A stretch of 64,000 bases of DNA, from the NCBI RefSeq assembly GCF_006345805.1, contig NC_043001.1, positions 48,422,001 to 48,486,000 of the forward strand. The letters run 5' to 3'. The DNA is from Octopus sinensis (Eukaryota). Position 1 is the first letter of the stretch. Each line of letters starts with the position of its first letter. Positions 22,900-36,755 of the stretch are shown one piece after another. The position numbers and the translations under genes are program-made. Below the pieces are notes generated by a model. That model saw only the letters and a program-made list of their open reading frames with translations, was not told the origin of the DNA and did not search any database.

Positions 22900-23770
22900 A
22901 TTATACATTTCATTTAGGAGGAATGACTGGGTACTTGATGCATGGTTCTATATTTCCATTATGCTGCTTTGAACTACTTTGAAGCTGCATCGTAATAATC
23001 AATGATGATGCGTCATTCATATATTACATGAGTCAACGACAATTCTGAAATCATTGCAACAGCAAAATGGACCATCTACTACAAAGCTCGTTGTCAAATT
23101 AAAATATCGTTTTCAACAGCGCTTCATTCAAGCATTTTAGCCAAGTAAATTGCCTTCTTTGAATTGTGAGGTGATAAGCTCGGCCTCCTCTTTAGACAGG
23201 AAGGAGTCTCTACCAAGATCATTGAAATACTCTTGAGTGAATAAAATTGGCTGCAGATATTATTCAGGCAGGTATTCAGGATTTCAATACTGTCCGGTAC
23301 CATTACATCGTTCATTTCCATCGCTGTATAAATCACTATCTATGGATTTTCGTCCACTATTAGGTGAAAAAAAGAGCCGATTAGCCGTAGGTTCATCAAT
23401 AGTCTGCATTGTGAATAGTCACTTGGATAGACAACAATCTTATATTCATTCTTTGTGATCACACATTAGAAAAATAGCTGTCAGTATGATGATCTCTTTA
23501 TCCTCTCCATATCATGGCTATGACAGAAAGTATTCAATGATTTTTTGGTTTAATAATGTAATCCACTTGGATAAGCAGAGCAGATCCAATATGTCCACAA
23601 CTTGTCTGGGCACCTATATGACAATTAATGTATATATTTTATATGTTTTCACGAGGTCTGTCGTGTTAACTTGAAAGTGCGCCCAAGTATTAAAGATACG
23701 ACAGATAACAGGAAAAATCTGAATGAAATTTTTCATTCACGAGTTAGATCGTGTAACATTGATCTAAACA
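22900..23770 (-). pseudogene. Decayed DNA transposase, probably CMC/Chapaev-3-like
   Basis: My translation across broken frames gives RE*KFHSDFSCYL, IGAQ, RDHHTDSYF, PILFTQEYFNDLGRDSFLSKEEAELITSQFKEGNLL and HNGN. These follow the order of motifs I recall for this family (FCYICG, GDQDK.W, DH..DCYFC, LNDLVRDL.LSK..AELL, LLHNGN). Superfamily name is from memory. Confidence 0.55.
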
Positions 23771-24429
23771 AATATTCTTCTAAGCGAAATATTTCAAGGG
23801 TTTCTTTGAGAATAGTAAATAAAGCGCCACTCAAAAACTTCTTCAATAGAGGATCCGCAACGAATGTAAATCGTATAAAACCGAAAGTATATTTGGGTAT
23901 TGGATTTGAATACACTTTACCACTACTCCATAGGTGTCTTTTTTCCATGGTATTTCTTTGATCAAATGGTCACTGACTTCTGAAACAGAAAATGTTTATA
24001 TTTTGCGGTCCCAAACAACAATATTGGGTTGACTGTGTTTTCGTTTGCTTGCTATTTTTATTTATATCTTTCACCACTATCTTACGATCCACCGGTCTCA
24101 TTATGTTCGACTTTGTTATGTTTTTTCTCACTTACTCAACTCCAGATTGCTATGGTATGTATATATTTATATATATTATTATTAGAGGAAATTAAAGTAC
24201 AAAATCGAAATAAGAAAAACAACTATGCCATTAATAGTAATATATATATGTCGGTGTATGAGGCAATATTTAAAGCGATAAAGTGTTAATCATCATTTAT
24301 TCCTCTGAACCATAAAATTCAGCCATTGAAAACATCAAACGTTGTACTAGTAATAATCTAGAGTGTAAGCCAATGACTCATAGTACGAATACATATGAAA
24401 CTTCTCGAGTCTGTACTTGACAACTCAAC

Positions 24430-25065
24430 TTGCAAGAAATAGCAGTCAATTCTCCTGCAAATTTGACCGTCTTAGAAAAGAACAGGTTGGATAGCAATGT
24501 GGTACTATGTCTCCATTATATGCCTGCTCGATCAAGGCTGACCCGGGTCCGAACAACATTAACAACTGAGGTTTGTGTATAGCTATGTGTGTCACAATTA
24601 TAGACAGGCTTTAGGTAGTTGCAAGAAGTCCTAGTTACAAAATGCCAAAACCAACGACGGGATAATCATGTAACACAGGTCAAACAATGATATATCGACC
24701 CTGAAGAACGAAGATATGAAGAAGCAGGTCAAATCTGAGATTAAGAAACAGATCAACAAAAGTTCAAAGGTGATGACTCTGCTTAAAATTAGACAACAAA
24801 AAGAACGTTTATAATGTATGTGTACCTCTAGAATGAAGCTGACACTCACAAATAAACAACGACAGAGTCCCTATGCGATCGGCTGATATTTTAGAAATAG
24901 CAGCCAAATGTCTCTCAAATAACACCCAACTATTTTAAAGAAGAAAGCTTACATTAAATAACATGATCCCAATGTCTGAAATAAAAGAGATGGGATAATC
25001 ACGACTTAAAACTCTTTGATCATATATTTTCTGGATTAGGGCCTACATGAGGCGAAACAACAACA
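24430..25065 (+). repeat. Two copies of a dispersed ~170-bp repeat (agaaatagcagccaaat...caaat.acacc); related copies near 42400, 46660, 54430, 57945
   Basis: Recurrent degenerate similarity seen by eye. Confidence 0.5.
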
Positions 25066-25664
25066 ACGACAAAAGTAAAAGCAATAACATCGACAACGAT
25101 GGCCTCAATTGATACAAACGTACCCCATCCCACGAAACACAGCACGAAGAAATTTCACAAATTCTCCGTAAAATTCCAGTGAAATGGATTCTGAAAAACA
25201 ATAATTATATTTCACAGAATTCCAAACCACGATATTTACCAATATAGATACGGCATTACATACATTCAAGCAAATCATTTTGGACGTTTTCAAACAAATC
25301 TGATAAGGCAACATAAAAACATACAACTCCTCCAAATAAACTACTAAAATAGCCATGCTGATAACCAAAATTAAAGATAACACGAATCACCAACGTTATA
25401 CACAATTGAAGTATAATTCAGCTACAAGAATAAGATAATAAACCAAAAAATAGAAAAGCAACAGGAAACAAATACTTATACAAAAATTTGCATTTAACGT
25501 AAACCATCAAAAATGGTGCAAAATAACTCTAGCAAGTAACAAATTGGTTGCATCAGGGATTTAAAATAATAGCCAGTCGCATTGCATCAGTGTTGCAATT
25601 TCAAGTAATGCATCCATTTTTCAAACACATTCCCCCCTTCTAAATGAGCAAAACACTGTAAGAA

Positions 25665-25880
25665 ATGGCTTCAAACTTTGGCTCAACATCAATAAATTAA
25701 GAGTGAAATAAATCGATTACATCTGCCACCAGTGTTCAACTGGTACTTATTTTATCGACTCCGAAAGGACAAAAAGCAAAGTTAAGCTCGGCAGAATTTG
25801 AAGCCAAAAGATAAAGAGCCGAAAGAAATGCTGTTGAGCATTTTGTCCACCGTGCTAAAGATTCTGCCACTCACCACCTT
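25665..25880 (-). mobile_element. SINE family A, degenerate
   Basis: tggtacttattttatcgac...gctaaagattctgccactcacc. Confidence 0.7.
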
Positions 25881-27025
25881 AACCCTAACCCTAACCTTAA
25901 ATAAAGCTATAGGAGGTGGTGTGTTCTAAAGTGAGTAGTAAACTACAAAACGGAAGGGAAGGGTACCAAGAATGGTCAAGTCTCTATAAATAGACTTATA
26001 AATAATGCGATAGTAAGGGTAGAGGGACCAGAAAGAAAGAAGTGTATATCGATATACTCACGCACACATGTACATATACGTGTGTGTATGTATTATTATA
26101 TAGGCCTGAGTACTTGTGTATTTAAACCCGTACGCAGGCATGCATATATATAGACACATACACACACATACATATACACGCACATATATATATACACACA
26201 TACGCATTCATGCACACAGATGCACACACAATCATACATACAAATTACACAGCCCAAGTGAAATCGAGAGGAGAATCAGAGAAAAGAATTTTATTGATAA
26301 ATTCGAACCCAAGCTGAATAAGCAATAATAATAATACTTAGAGGTACTACTTCCACTGCTACGACCATGACCACTAACAACAACAATACTAAAGGTGATC
26401 AAGATGAAGATAGCAGGAAAATTATCTTATTTAGGGTTAAAAGTTTTATTGCCACCACCATCACCACTAGCAACAATAATTAAGGTGCTGACAATGATGA
26501 TGATGACAATTGAAATATAAAAATATAAAAATCTCTGACAAAGGATATTTACAACATTTCTAAAAATAACCCAACAATTGCTACTTCGGCCAGGGTCAAG
26601 ATACAGGACTCTTGACATGTCAAACAAAGCGTGATGCCTAAACCAATCAGCTCAACCAACCAATCAGCTTAAGTAATTGAGTGATACTACACACTAATTG
26701 GTCAGAATACAGTTTGCAAAACCTAGCATTCTGGAGCCTACCCAGCTGTATTTATAGCACAGAATCAATCATCTTGCTACAGTCAAAAATTGTGAAGCAT
26801 GACTGTCACCACTACTACATGAACCCGAAGATTGAAGAATTCAATGCATGAAAGTACTAGTTCAATCAGAATGAACATTTAACATTCTACTATTTTATTT
26901 TATTTTATTCAATTATAATATATTATCTTATAATATATCATTATAAGATTGTAAATAAAACGTAAAATCAGACAAGGTTGGAATTCCTTTTATTAATATA
27001 TTCTTCTATACACAATCACACACAC

Positions 27026-27074
<49 letters not shown>

Positions 27075-27399
27075 ATATATGCACACACATGCATATACGC
27101 ATACACGTGCGCACATATACATGCATATATGCACACATACACACACATACACGCGCACACACACACACACATATACATATACATACGCATATACATCCGC
27201 ATACGCACGCGTATGTATGCCCATATGTGTAGTGTTAAACAATTAAAATAAGATTGGAGAAATAAAAATTTTATGGAAAGTCAAATAAGGTTGTTGGGGA
27301 TTAGCTAAGTGGTGTTCGGGATATGTACTGTGTGATTATTTAGGTTGCATTTAGATATATGGTAAAATTTGAAGGTATGGAAAAAACGCTGGTTGCATG

Positions 27400-27650
27400 C
27401 ACGTTGGGCCTCGTTGTATTTATTTAATAGTATTGAAATAGTTGTGTTTTAATATGTGGAATCCCTCTTTTAGGCACAACTTACAGGCTGAGAGTTGACC
27501 TTGGTTTGGAAGCCCTGAATCTATTATGGACCATGACAAGATATAGGGAATATTTCTATTGTTGAGATGATGTGCGTGACTGGCGAGTGTTGTGCATTTA
27601 CTGTGTTTCTCATATCTGAAAGAATTGAGATGCGCAGCACATCGTTGTTT
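27400..27650 (-). pseudogene. Penelope-like element GIY-YIG C-terminal remnant
   Basis: Translation TTLASHAHHLNNRNIPYILSWSII...CKLCLKEGFHI matches the PLE endonuclease C-terminus pattern. Confidence 0.6.
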
Positions 27651-27699
27651 AAAATTTATAGTTGATCCTATATATTTATATAAATTTATAGTTGATCCT

Positions 27700-27909
27700 T
27701 GGGAACATCAAGAGGAATATAAAGGAAATTGTAATACATGCCCAGTAGAATTGTTACAAAAGATTTTCCTCCTTGGCACGACCAGAATAATCAGGAAACT
27801 ATCAGATAGCTGAAAAGAACGAATAGCATGGTACCGTAGGCTGCAGGTAGTAAGCCTGCTACGTATACAAGTCTCCAAGAGCTCCAACAAAACCTGTGAT
27901 AAAGCGATG

Positions 27910-27970
<61 letters not shown>
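27700..27970 (+). mobile_element. 3' end of an R4/Dong-like non-LTR element ending in (AAT)n
   Basis: ELLQKIFLLGTTRIIRKL resembles the R4/Dong C-terminal QK..LLGT..I.R motif; short UTR, then an (AAT)n tract. Confidence 0.55.
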
Positions 27971-27971
<1 letters not shown>

Positions 27972-28617
27972 TTCTTAAGTAACCAGAAAATGGATTAGAT
28001 ATTAATCTTTATTTTGGACAATGGTCATTTCTACTCATCCTGCTACTGTCCCTTATCGGTGGGACTCCGTTCAATATGCTGTGTTGCAACCATTTTGCAG
28101 TCTAGGTCTCATATAGCACTGCGGAGTTCCTGAAGTACATCCAACGGAAATATACACCGACTGGAGATGACATCAGGCATCCCAAACTGTGCCAGTGCTC
28201 TACTCAACACTTCCACACATTAACCAACATATACCCATTAGTCCAAAATATTTGACGTCTATATCTAGCATGTTGACCGTCCACTTTTAGTGGTCAGTCC
28301 TTTAAATTTTGTATGTAAAAATATTTTAATCTTCGGATTTTTTTAATATGCTGGGCCACTGGTTTTAATTTATTAATATCAATTTCTACCCTTATTAAAT
28401 GTTATATATATATATGGAGAGAGAGACACACACACATACAGACACATACATATATATACATATAAAGCACAATATATAGATCCATATAATCCAGCAGTAA
28501 TCACAAAAAAGGTCCTTAATGGACCCGGTTACATGCCACAAAGTAAACCAATACATAGGAGTGTAATGCAGAGTCTGATATGCAGTTGAAATCCAGTAAA
28601 TCCAATCAAATTCCTGT

Positions 28618-28669
<52 letters not shown>

Positions 28670-28857
28670 ATCCAAACAAGAAAGCACAAAAATACACAAC
28701 AACGAGAGGACGTGGAACAGTTATAGTATTATTGGACGCTCAGGAAGAAGGAGGGTTTAACGTTTCGAGCGGAGCTCTTCGTCGGAAACATAGGAGAAGA
28801 AAAGATCCAGAGAAGGGAAGACAGAGGGAAAAAAATCGCCAACGGTACACACGAGGT

Positions 28858-28906
<49 letters not shown>

Positions 28907-28910
<4 letters not shown>

Positions 28911-29033
28911 TAAGCAATAAGGGTTTAGCAACGAGTTGCCTTACCACATACCGAATTTAGAAATAGCAGACTGCTATTTCTAAATTCGGTATGTGGTAAG
29001 GCAACTCGTTGCTAAACCCTTATTGCTTAGTAT
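28907..29033. repeat. Perfect palindrome, 63-bp arms, 1-nt centre at 28970
   Basis: atactaagcaataaggg...aaatagcag-a-ctgctattt...cccttattgcttagtat. Confidence 0.95.
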
Positions 29034-29580
29034 TACTTAAATTTTCCTCGAATGAGGCTTTTACATGCCGAAGACTACTTGGTGTAATTGATAATTTTTC
29101 CAAATTAATTAATTTCACCCTTCATTATTACGGATATATATATATATATATATACATACATAGACAAGAGAGATTTAGGAATTTAGACTTGTCATCACTC
29201 CACATGAAACATTGGCTAAGATATTGCATAGGGAATAAAAACAGAAGAAAGTGTTCACTTAATCCAAATAACGTTTCGTATAAACTGTAACTCCGGGGAA
29301 ATGTACCGATTATGTGGTTTGTACATTTATTGCAGTGTATAAAAGTAAAGATACAAAGGAATCTAAATGACAATATTATATTCTTTGATCAGTAGAATTT
29401 TTTTATCAATCAATATGATGAGTTATACATATAAGAATTATGTTATCACATACTAGATGACTGGTCTATTAATCATCTCTTCAGACTACAGAGGTAACTA
29501 TATATGTGCGTGCGCGCGCGTGTATGTATGTATGACTCTATGTGTGTGAATGTATGTGTACGTGTATGTATTTGTGTGTG

Positions 29581-29687
<107 letters not shown>

Positions 29688-29989
29688 TTCGCTTAGGTAT
29701 TGCGAGACTATTTCAGTAGGAAGTGTTAGCTGAGAATAGAGTGGAAATAAGAAAGATGGATTAATGATTATCTTAAGAACTTCATTAGCTTACGGCTGTT
29801 TCTGCTATAAGATGTAGTGGATTCATAGATGAGTGCCCGAATAACGCCTTATATCGTCGTCGGAGCCTCAAATATGAAGTGCATTTAATATGGGAAAGAA
29901 TTATGTTTGTGCCTACATAGGGAGCGTCAAAACAATGATATCTATAGTGCATCCTTCCCTACTCTTTGACATCAACTTCAACACTATGA

Positions 29990-30210
29990 ACTCTTTACTC
30001 TCTTTTACTTGCTTCAGTCATTTGACTGCGGCCATGCTGGAGCACCGCCTTTAATCGAGCAACTCGACCCCGGGACTTATTCTTTTGTAAGCCCAGTACT
30101 TATTCTATCGGTCTCTTTTGCCGACCCGCTAAGTAACGGGGACATAAAAACACCAGCATCGGTTGTCAAGCAATGCTAGGGGGACAAACACAGACACAAA
30201 AACACACACT

Positions 30211-30285
<75 letters not shown>

Positions 30286-30450
30286 TACAACGAGCTTCTT
30301 TCAGTTTCCGTCTACCAAATCCACTCACAAGGCTTTGGTCGGCCCGACGCTGTAGTAGAAGACACTTGCCCAAGGTGCCACGCAGTGCGACTGAACCCGG
30401 AACGATGTGGTTGGTAAACAAGCTACTTACCACACAGCCACTCCTGCGCC
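29990..30450 (-). mobile_element. SINE family C, full length with internal (TA)n
   Basis: Very similar to 44000-44410; head ends cttaccacacagccactcctgcgcc. Confidence 0.85.
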
Positions 30451-30762
30451 TATATATTCATATGTATGCTGAGATACTCATTCACGATACTTTCTGGCAT
30501 GGATTAAAGTTGTCATGCACGCACGCACAAACACACACACACACACTCACACACACATACACACACACACACACACACTCACATACCTATATTCACGCAG
30601 ACGAAAGATGCATGTACACACATATGACGACCGGAGACAACCTAGACACAAGCACGCACAGCCATCAGCTTATATCCTGTTGTGGCAAGAGCACGACACT
30701 CCCTGACGAGAATAGACAGGACCACTACATATAAATTGTAACAGTCTGACGTAATCGGCAGT

Positions 30763-31771
30763 GGACGGTGAGCGGGTGTGGTCTCCGTTCGTTGATGAGA
30801 TATTTCCCAGGTTCACCTCTTTTGGTGAACTGGAATGCCGGATCAGGCGTAGACGAAGGCTAGGAGCTTAGCAAACAGAGTATCGATAGGCATTCGTGCT
30901 TCTCTCCCGAACGAGCAATGCCGGCGGAGGGGATACCACCTCGGCGTACTATAGAGGGCTGGTAGAGGGTAAGTGTGATGACGGCCTAGGGGAGACTCTG
31001 GGTTTCTATGAAAGTCATCTTGCCAACCTGCATCGAAGGACTTTCTGCCCGGGACCTATGGACAACTTCCAGAGGTCCCTGGCTTGGCTGTGCTTCCGAA
31101 GTGCTTTGCCAGTTTGGGATAAACTCACGAGGCACGGCATCACGGCTTCGCCTACGTGTTCACGTTGCGGGCAGAGCAACGAAATTGTTCTGCATGCAAT
31201 CGTACAGTTTCCAAGTCTCTCGGACATGTGGGTTTCTACCGAACGTGTACTGTCACAAGTGGGGAGAGTACAGATGTCAGCCGAATCGATTATCAAGATT
31301 GTTCCGCCGTCTCCTCTAAAAGGAGAAAAGAAATTCTGCTTTCTAGTCGAAATAAATATAGCGAAAGAGATGATAGGGAAGACTCGTGGAAGAAGTGTCG
31401 CATGAGGCACTTTCGTCTCCAGGCATGTTTTGGTTAACCTCTTTTTATATCACCTAATGGGGAAAGCAGGTCTGGAGAAGAAATCCCTGACGTCAAAAAA
31501 GTATGAAAAAAAGATGGGAGAAAGTAGCTCGAATATTGGCTATGTAAGTGCCTAATGAAGCAGAGTAAAAAAAAATAAAGGACGAAGTAAACGTTTCGAC
31601 GCAGGAATGTGGTTGGTGGGGTCAACCCATTCCGCGTCCATTCATTTTCTTTTCATTTTCATCAGAAGCTATAATGTATTTATTCATATATGTAATATTC
31701 GAGAAGTCCCCGACGCCATTTGTCCCGTGAATTGTCGCCTCTTTGTTTAGCCCTTGTGGTTTGAAAAAAAA
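30763..31771 (+). mobile_element. 3' fragment of a second Tx1-family LINE inserted in the Gypsy 5' LTR
   Basis: ORF 30896..31405 aligns to the ORF2 C-terminus at 1584-2100 (DNFQRSLAW, ALPVWDKL, ESIIKI); ends gtttagcccttgtggtttgaaaaaaaa. Confidence 0.85.
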
Positions 31772-32029
31772 TCATCGAATTTGATCTTTGAAGTCTAGGT
31801 ACAGTTTACAGTCCGAGTTAGTGTGTTGGAAGCATTGATTGTTGGTTCGTTACGTGTTTGTTACTGCCGCTGTTTCTATTTTGCATTGTTATAACACTGT
31901 TACAGTGTATTTCTTTATCTATCATCGACAATATCAACCGTACTACGATATTGGAAGCTTAAAGATATAACATCTAGCAACGAGCGTATTTGACAGTTTG
32001 TGCGTCATGCACAGTATTAAGTTATGGAG

Positions 32030-35000
32030 AACCAATTATCTGCAGCAATATAGATTCAAGAGAAGCAACAGGAACAACTAAAGGAGTAGCAGAAGTAAAT
32101 ATTACAACAACAGTTAACTGAGTTACAGTCAAGGAAGTCCAAAAATTCGGTAAGTTCGTTTACGCCAGGCGGAGTGGCGACTCAATTTCTGAATTCACTA
32201 ACAATCTGGCGGAAGGCATTACGTTTCCAGTGTACCATAGAAGGTAGGAAGGAAATTTTTAACAAAGATTGCAAGTCATTGTTGGATGAGGAGAAAGTGA
32301 GGCTATTTCTACGCAAGTTAGGTCCAACCGAGCATGAACGCTGCCGAAAAAGTCAAGTGAGATATGTTTCCAAGAAACTATTGAATTACTATCAAAGATC
32401 TTTTGTGACAAAATTTCATTATTTAACACTCGAATGGAGTATTGGAACTTAACAAAAAAAAAAAAATGATGACTTTATTATACACACCGGATAAGTTAAC
32501 CGCATGTGTGAAAACTTTAAACTTCAGGAGCTCATTCAGGATATGTTTAAATCCTTTATCTTCGTACAAGGCCTTTTGGCAACCGAAGATAGAGAAATTC
32601 GGGCAAGGATACTCTCAAAAATGGAGCAAGCGAACCAAAACTTAACCCTGCAGACCACTGCAGAAGAATGTCAAACAATGGTAAACCTGCGTAAAACAGC
32701 GAAAATTGCGCGTGGCGTGACAGACGATAAATTACATTTCATGGACGAATTGTGTACAGACGTCACATTTCGAGAAGAAACACGCGAAGCAAAAATATTC
32801 ATTGTGGAGAATACAATCAATCTGTTTGGTACAGATTGGTTGGAGTTATTTGAATTATGGCACCTCTCCATAAGTCTCTACAGCAAAATGGTTGTCCCGT
32901 TAAAAATAAATCGTCTGAGGAATTGAAAGAAAAATTTTAAAAGATGTTTCAAGTTCTATCGGAGGACTTAGGTCTATGTAAAAAGACTGAAGCCTGCTTT
33001 CAAGTGAGTGAAAACGTTATGCCTGTATTTAAATGTAACAGAAAAGTACAGTTCGCGGCAATTGAAATGACAAATGAAGAATTGTACAGGCTGGAAAAGT
33101 GTGGGATCATCAAAAAAGGTAACGGTGGATTACTCTAAGTGGGCGGCACCCATGGTGTGCATTAAAAAAGGAAAAAGATAAGGCTGTGTGCCGATTTTTC
33201 TACAAGACATTTTCGCAAAATTAAATGGTGGAAAATTTTTCTCCAAATTGGATCTGTCTGATGCTTATTTACAAATTAAGGTAAATGACAAATGCTCAAA
33301 GTACCTGACAATAAATACACATTGAGGAGTGAATAGATACATCCGGTTACCTTTTGGATTAAATGTTGCACCGGCAATATTTCAGCATATCATGGGCGCT
33401 ATGTTATCTTATTGCGAATCTGCAATCCTTTATTTGGACGATATATTGATTAACAGTAATACGTGTGAACAGCATGTGGAGCATATAAAAGCTGTGTTCA
33501 AGAAAATTGAAGAGTACGGGTTCACTTTGAGTGATGAAAAATACGAATTCGTTCTCAAATTAAGTACTTGGGGCAAATAACTCATAAAAATGGTAGACGG
33601 TGTGACCCGTCAAAGGCAGACGCAATAAAGAGTATGCCTGCTCCGACAAATATACCGACATTACAAGCATTTCTTGGGCTGGCAAATTACTACCAAATCT
33701 ACATACCTAGCATGTACAAATTAAGAGCTCCATTGAATGACTTATTAAAAAAGGAAGTAAAGTGGAATTAGTCGGTTAAACACCAAAACGGGTTTGAAGA
33801 AATAAAAACATTCTAATAGCAAATTTGTCTCTAGCGCATTTCGATCCTGAAATGGATATTGTTATAGCGTCTGATGCTTCGAAGTACAGAATATGAGCAG
33901 TTTTGCTACACAAGTATAAGGATGGAAGTACGAAACCAGTGATTCGTGTTTTGCGCTTGCTAATAGCGAAAGAAAAAAAATACAGATAGAAAAAGAAGTC
34001 CTATCGATTATCCTTGGTGTGAAAAATGTTCACAGGTTTCTACATGGAAGAAGTTTTCTGTTACAAACAGATCATCGAACATTGCTATCAATTTATGGGT
34101 CAAAGAAAAGTTTACCTACCTATACAGCGAACCGACTACAACGTTGGGGTATAATATTACTAAATTACAACTTCAAAATGCAGTATATTCCATAGAAAAA
34201 AATTGGTCATGAGAACTGTTTGTCGAGTCTAATTCCCAAAAATACGGAACCACTAGAAGATACCGTGATAGCCACACTGCTGGCAGAAAATAAAAAGTAT
34301 TATGACTAATGTTATCCAAGAACTGCCAGTGACTGCACAAGATATAAGAGTGAAAACTGTAAGCGATGAGTATATTACAAAAATGAAAGAAGCTTTAAAA
34401 AGTAGAATAAAAATACAAATTGGAGTAGTTTCTCAATATGCGACGATATTCTGATGTACTGACTACAAAACGTGTATTGCAGCAATTACACAGCTGACAC
34501 CCGGGAATGTCGAGGATGAAAGCTCTGATAAGGAGCTACGTCTGTTGGCCGACTATGGACCGGGATGTCGAAAATTCAGTGAGAACTTGTCGAGATTGCG
34601 CGCTCGCGACCAAAGCCTCGCCGGTAAAACATCAATCGTGGCCGGAGACTGAGAACCCATAGTCTAGGTTACATATCGATTAGGCCGGACCGGTAAACGG
34701 GGCTTACAATCTAATCGTGATAGACAGCTGTACAAAGTGGTCAGAGGTATGCAGGTGCAATAAACGAATCACTAAGACTATGAAGTTCCTATATGAATTG
34801 ATTACGTGATACGGTATTCCAGATACGTTAGTTTCTGATAATGGAATGCAATTCTCGAGGTATAAATTCAAGAACTTCTGTAAAATGCATGCGATAAAGC
34901 ATATTTTCACTCCACCCTACCACCCGAGGTTAAATGCGCAGATAGAAAGATTCGTGAACATTCAAAAGAGCGTTAAGAAAAGCTAAGAACGAATTAAGTA

Positions 35001-35400
35001 ACGACAAAACACTAACAAATTTCTTAAGGGTATATAGAGTAGCCCCCAATCCAAGTAAATATTCAGGTAAGTCACCTGCAGTGTTGATGTTCGTGAGAAG
35101 AATAGAATCGATTTTAGATAAGTTATTGTCAGAGGAAATATAGATGTAAAGGATGTACGAAAGATGCAACGGAGATAAAGAGCATTTTAAAACCTACAGA
35201 AATGATTTTAAAAAAAGGCTGAGAGAATGGCCTTGTAACCAAAAAATAAGGAAGTATGATGTATCATATTAAAGGACCACGCTGGGAACGTAGGAGACAC
35301 ATAAAACAGCTAAATAAGAGACATACAGAAGAAGGGAGAGAAATTCCTATGGAAGTAATTTTTGATGTATTTGATGTCCCAGCATTGAAGTAATGGAGTC
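32030..35400 (+). pseudogene. Gypsy gag-pol remnant
   Basis: Multiple broken ORFs 32174-33771 and integrase-like motifs to about 35300. Confidence 0.85.
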
Positions 35401-35471
35401 TCGTAGAACCAGCATGAGAAAACAGAAGCAGACAGAACACCTTGCGATAAGGCCCAAGCGAAAAAATACTA

Positions 35472-35508
<37 letters not shown>

Positions 35509-36308
35509 ATTTCTTTGTTCCTTTGGAAATCGAAATCTCAAAAGGGGAGATATTGTGGCGAGAGTACGACACTCCCTGACGAGAATAGACGGGACCACTA
35601 CATATTAATAGTAGTGGTCTGACGTAATCAGCAGAGCAGTTCCTAGTTTGGTCTTCGAAGTCCAGGTACAGTTTACAGTTCGAGTTAGTGTGTTAGAAAT
35701 ATTAATTTTTGTTTTGTAAAAGATTGTTTGTTACTGCCGCTGTTTCTATTTTGTATTGTTATAACACTGTTACAGTGTATTCTTTATCTATCGTCAACAA
35801 CATCAACTGTACAACGATACTGGAGGCTTAAGGATATAACATATCCGTAATGTAAAAACGGAACTGTGATAAAGAGTTATATTTAACTTATATATATACG
35901 CACACATGCAACTCTGCTTTCGCCACCAGTAAAAGTTCCAAGTAGGAAGGCACCATCCTTCAAAGCTCTTCGTTGCATGTCTAGAAAATGGTCTTTAAAA
36001 ACACTCGACCAGACAGGTGCGTGAACAACAACGGCGGATGACTAACACAACTCCGATTCGCAATAATATTGTAAAATTCGCCGAACACTACAAATCAGCT
36101 GCAGGTCGCGCAGACAGAGCTGGACACTCATAGTTCATGAGTAGCTTGAAAATGAATGCTTGGAAGTAAAATACATGCAGCTCGAAAACAACATGAGGCT
36201 GAATAGAGATTGGAAGTGAGAAAATCGAGGATTACGTTTACTTGGGACACAGAGAATATGTACCGAGACATGGAAGATGAAATCTCGAGCAGAATATACT
36301 TATATATA

Positions 36309-36755
36309 CCGTAAATTCTCGAGTATAATCCGCATTTTTCCCCCAAAATCTAAAGGTCAAAATCCTTAGTGCGTACTGTATACGAGGTTAAAAATGAAAA
36401 ATATTTTCTAAGCAATGTTGGCGTCACTATTTGCTGTCCGACAATTTTTATTCAGACGCATTTTGTGATATTGGGCGCGAAAATACCTTAGGCTAAGCCT
36501 GAAAGCAATGAAGTCATAAAAGAATCATCCATAACTTACAATAAGCAACACGTTTACATTATGTTATATATACAATAATAATAAAGGACGTTACCGTATA
36601 CATTTTTACAAACCAAGGCCGTTATATAGATCTCCTTCACTCAAGTTAGAGAAGGAGTGCGTATTATACACAAGGTTTAGGTTTTCAGAGGTACAGCCCC
36701 CTAAAAATCCTCTGCGTATTATACTCAAGGGCGCACTATACTCGAGGATTTACGG
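36309..36755. mobile_element. Tc1/mariner-superfamily (Tc2/pogo-like) MITE
   Basis: Terminal inverted repeats ccgtaaattctcgagtata / tatactcgaggatttacgg with TA on both sides. Confidence 0.8.

Larger units (their letters stand above)
30678..35841 (+). mobile_element. Ty3/Gypsy LTR retrotransposon (Mag-like), decayed, both LTRs present
   Basis: 5' LTR 30678-31972 (interrupted), 3' LTR 35551-35841, polypurine tract aaaggggaga at 35541-35550, 5-bp TSD tatcc (30673-30677 / 35842-35846). Pol remnants RLPFGLNVAPAIFQ, YLDD and FLGLANYY, with RNase H and integrase remnants downstream. Confidence 0.92.

Noticed and set aside
23733-23990. Host exon (acceptor ttttctgtttcag on minus strand plus 71-aa ORF)
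   Set aside because: The ORF runs into the decayed transposase start; no independent support for a host gene.
25878-25898. Telomeric (TAACCC)n
   Set aside because: Only about three units, located at a SINE end.
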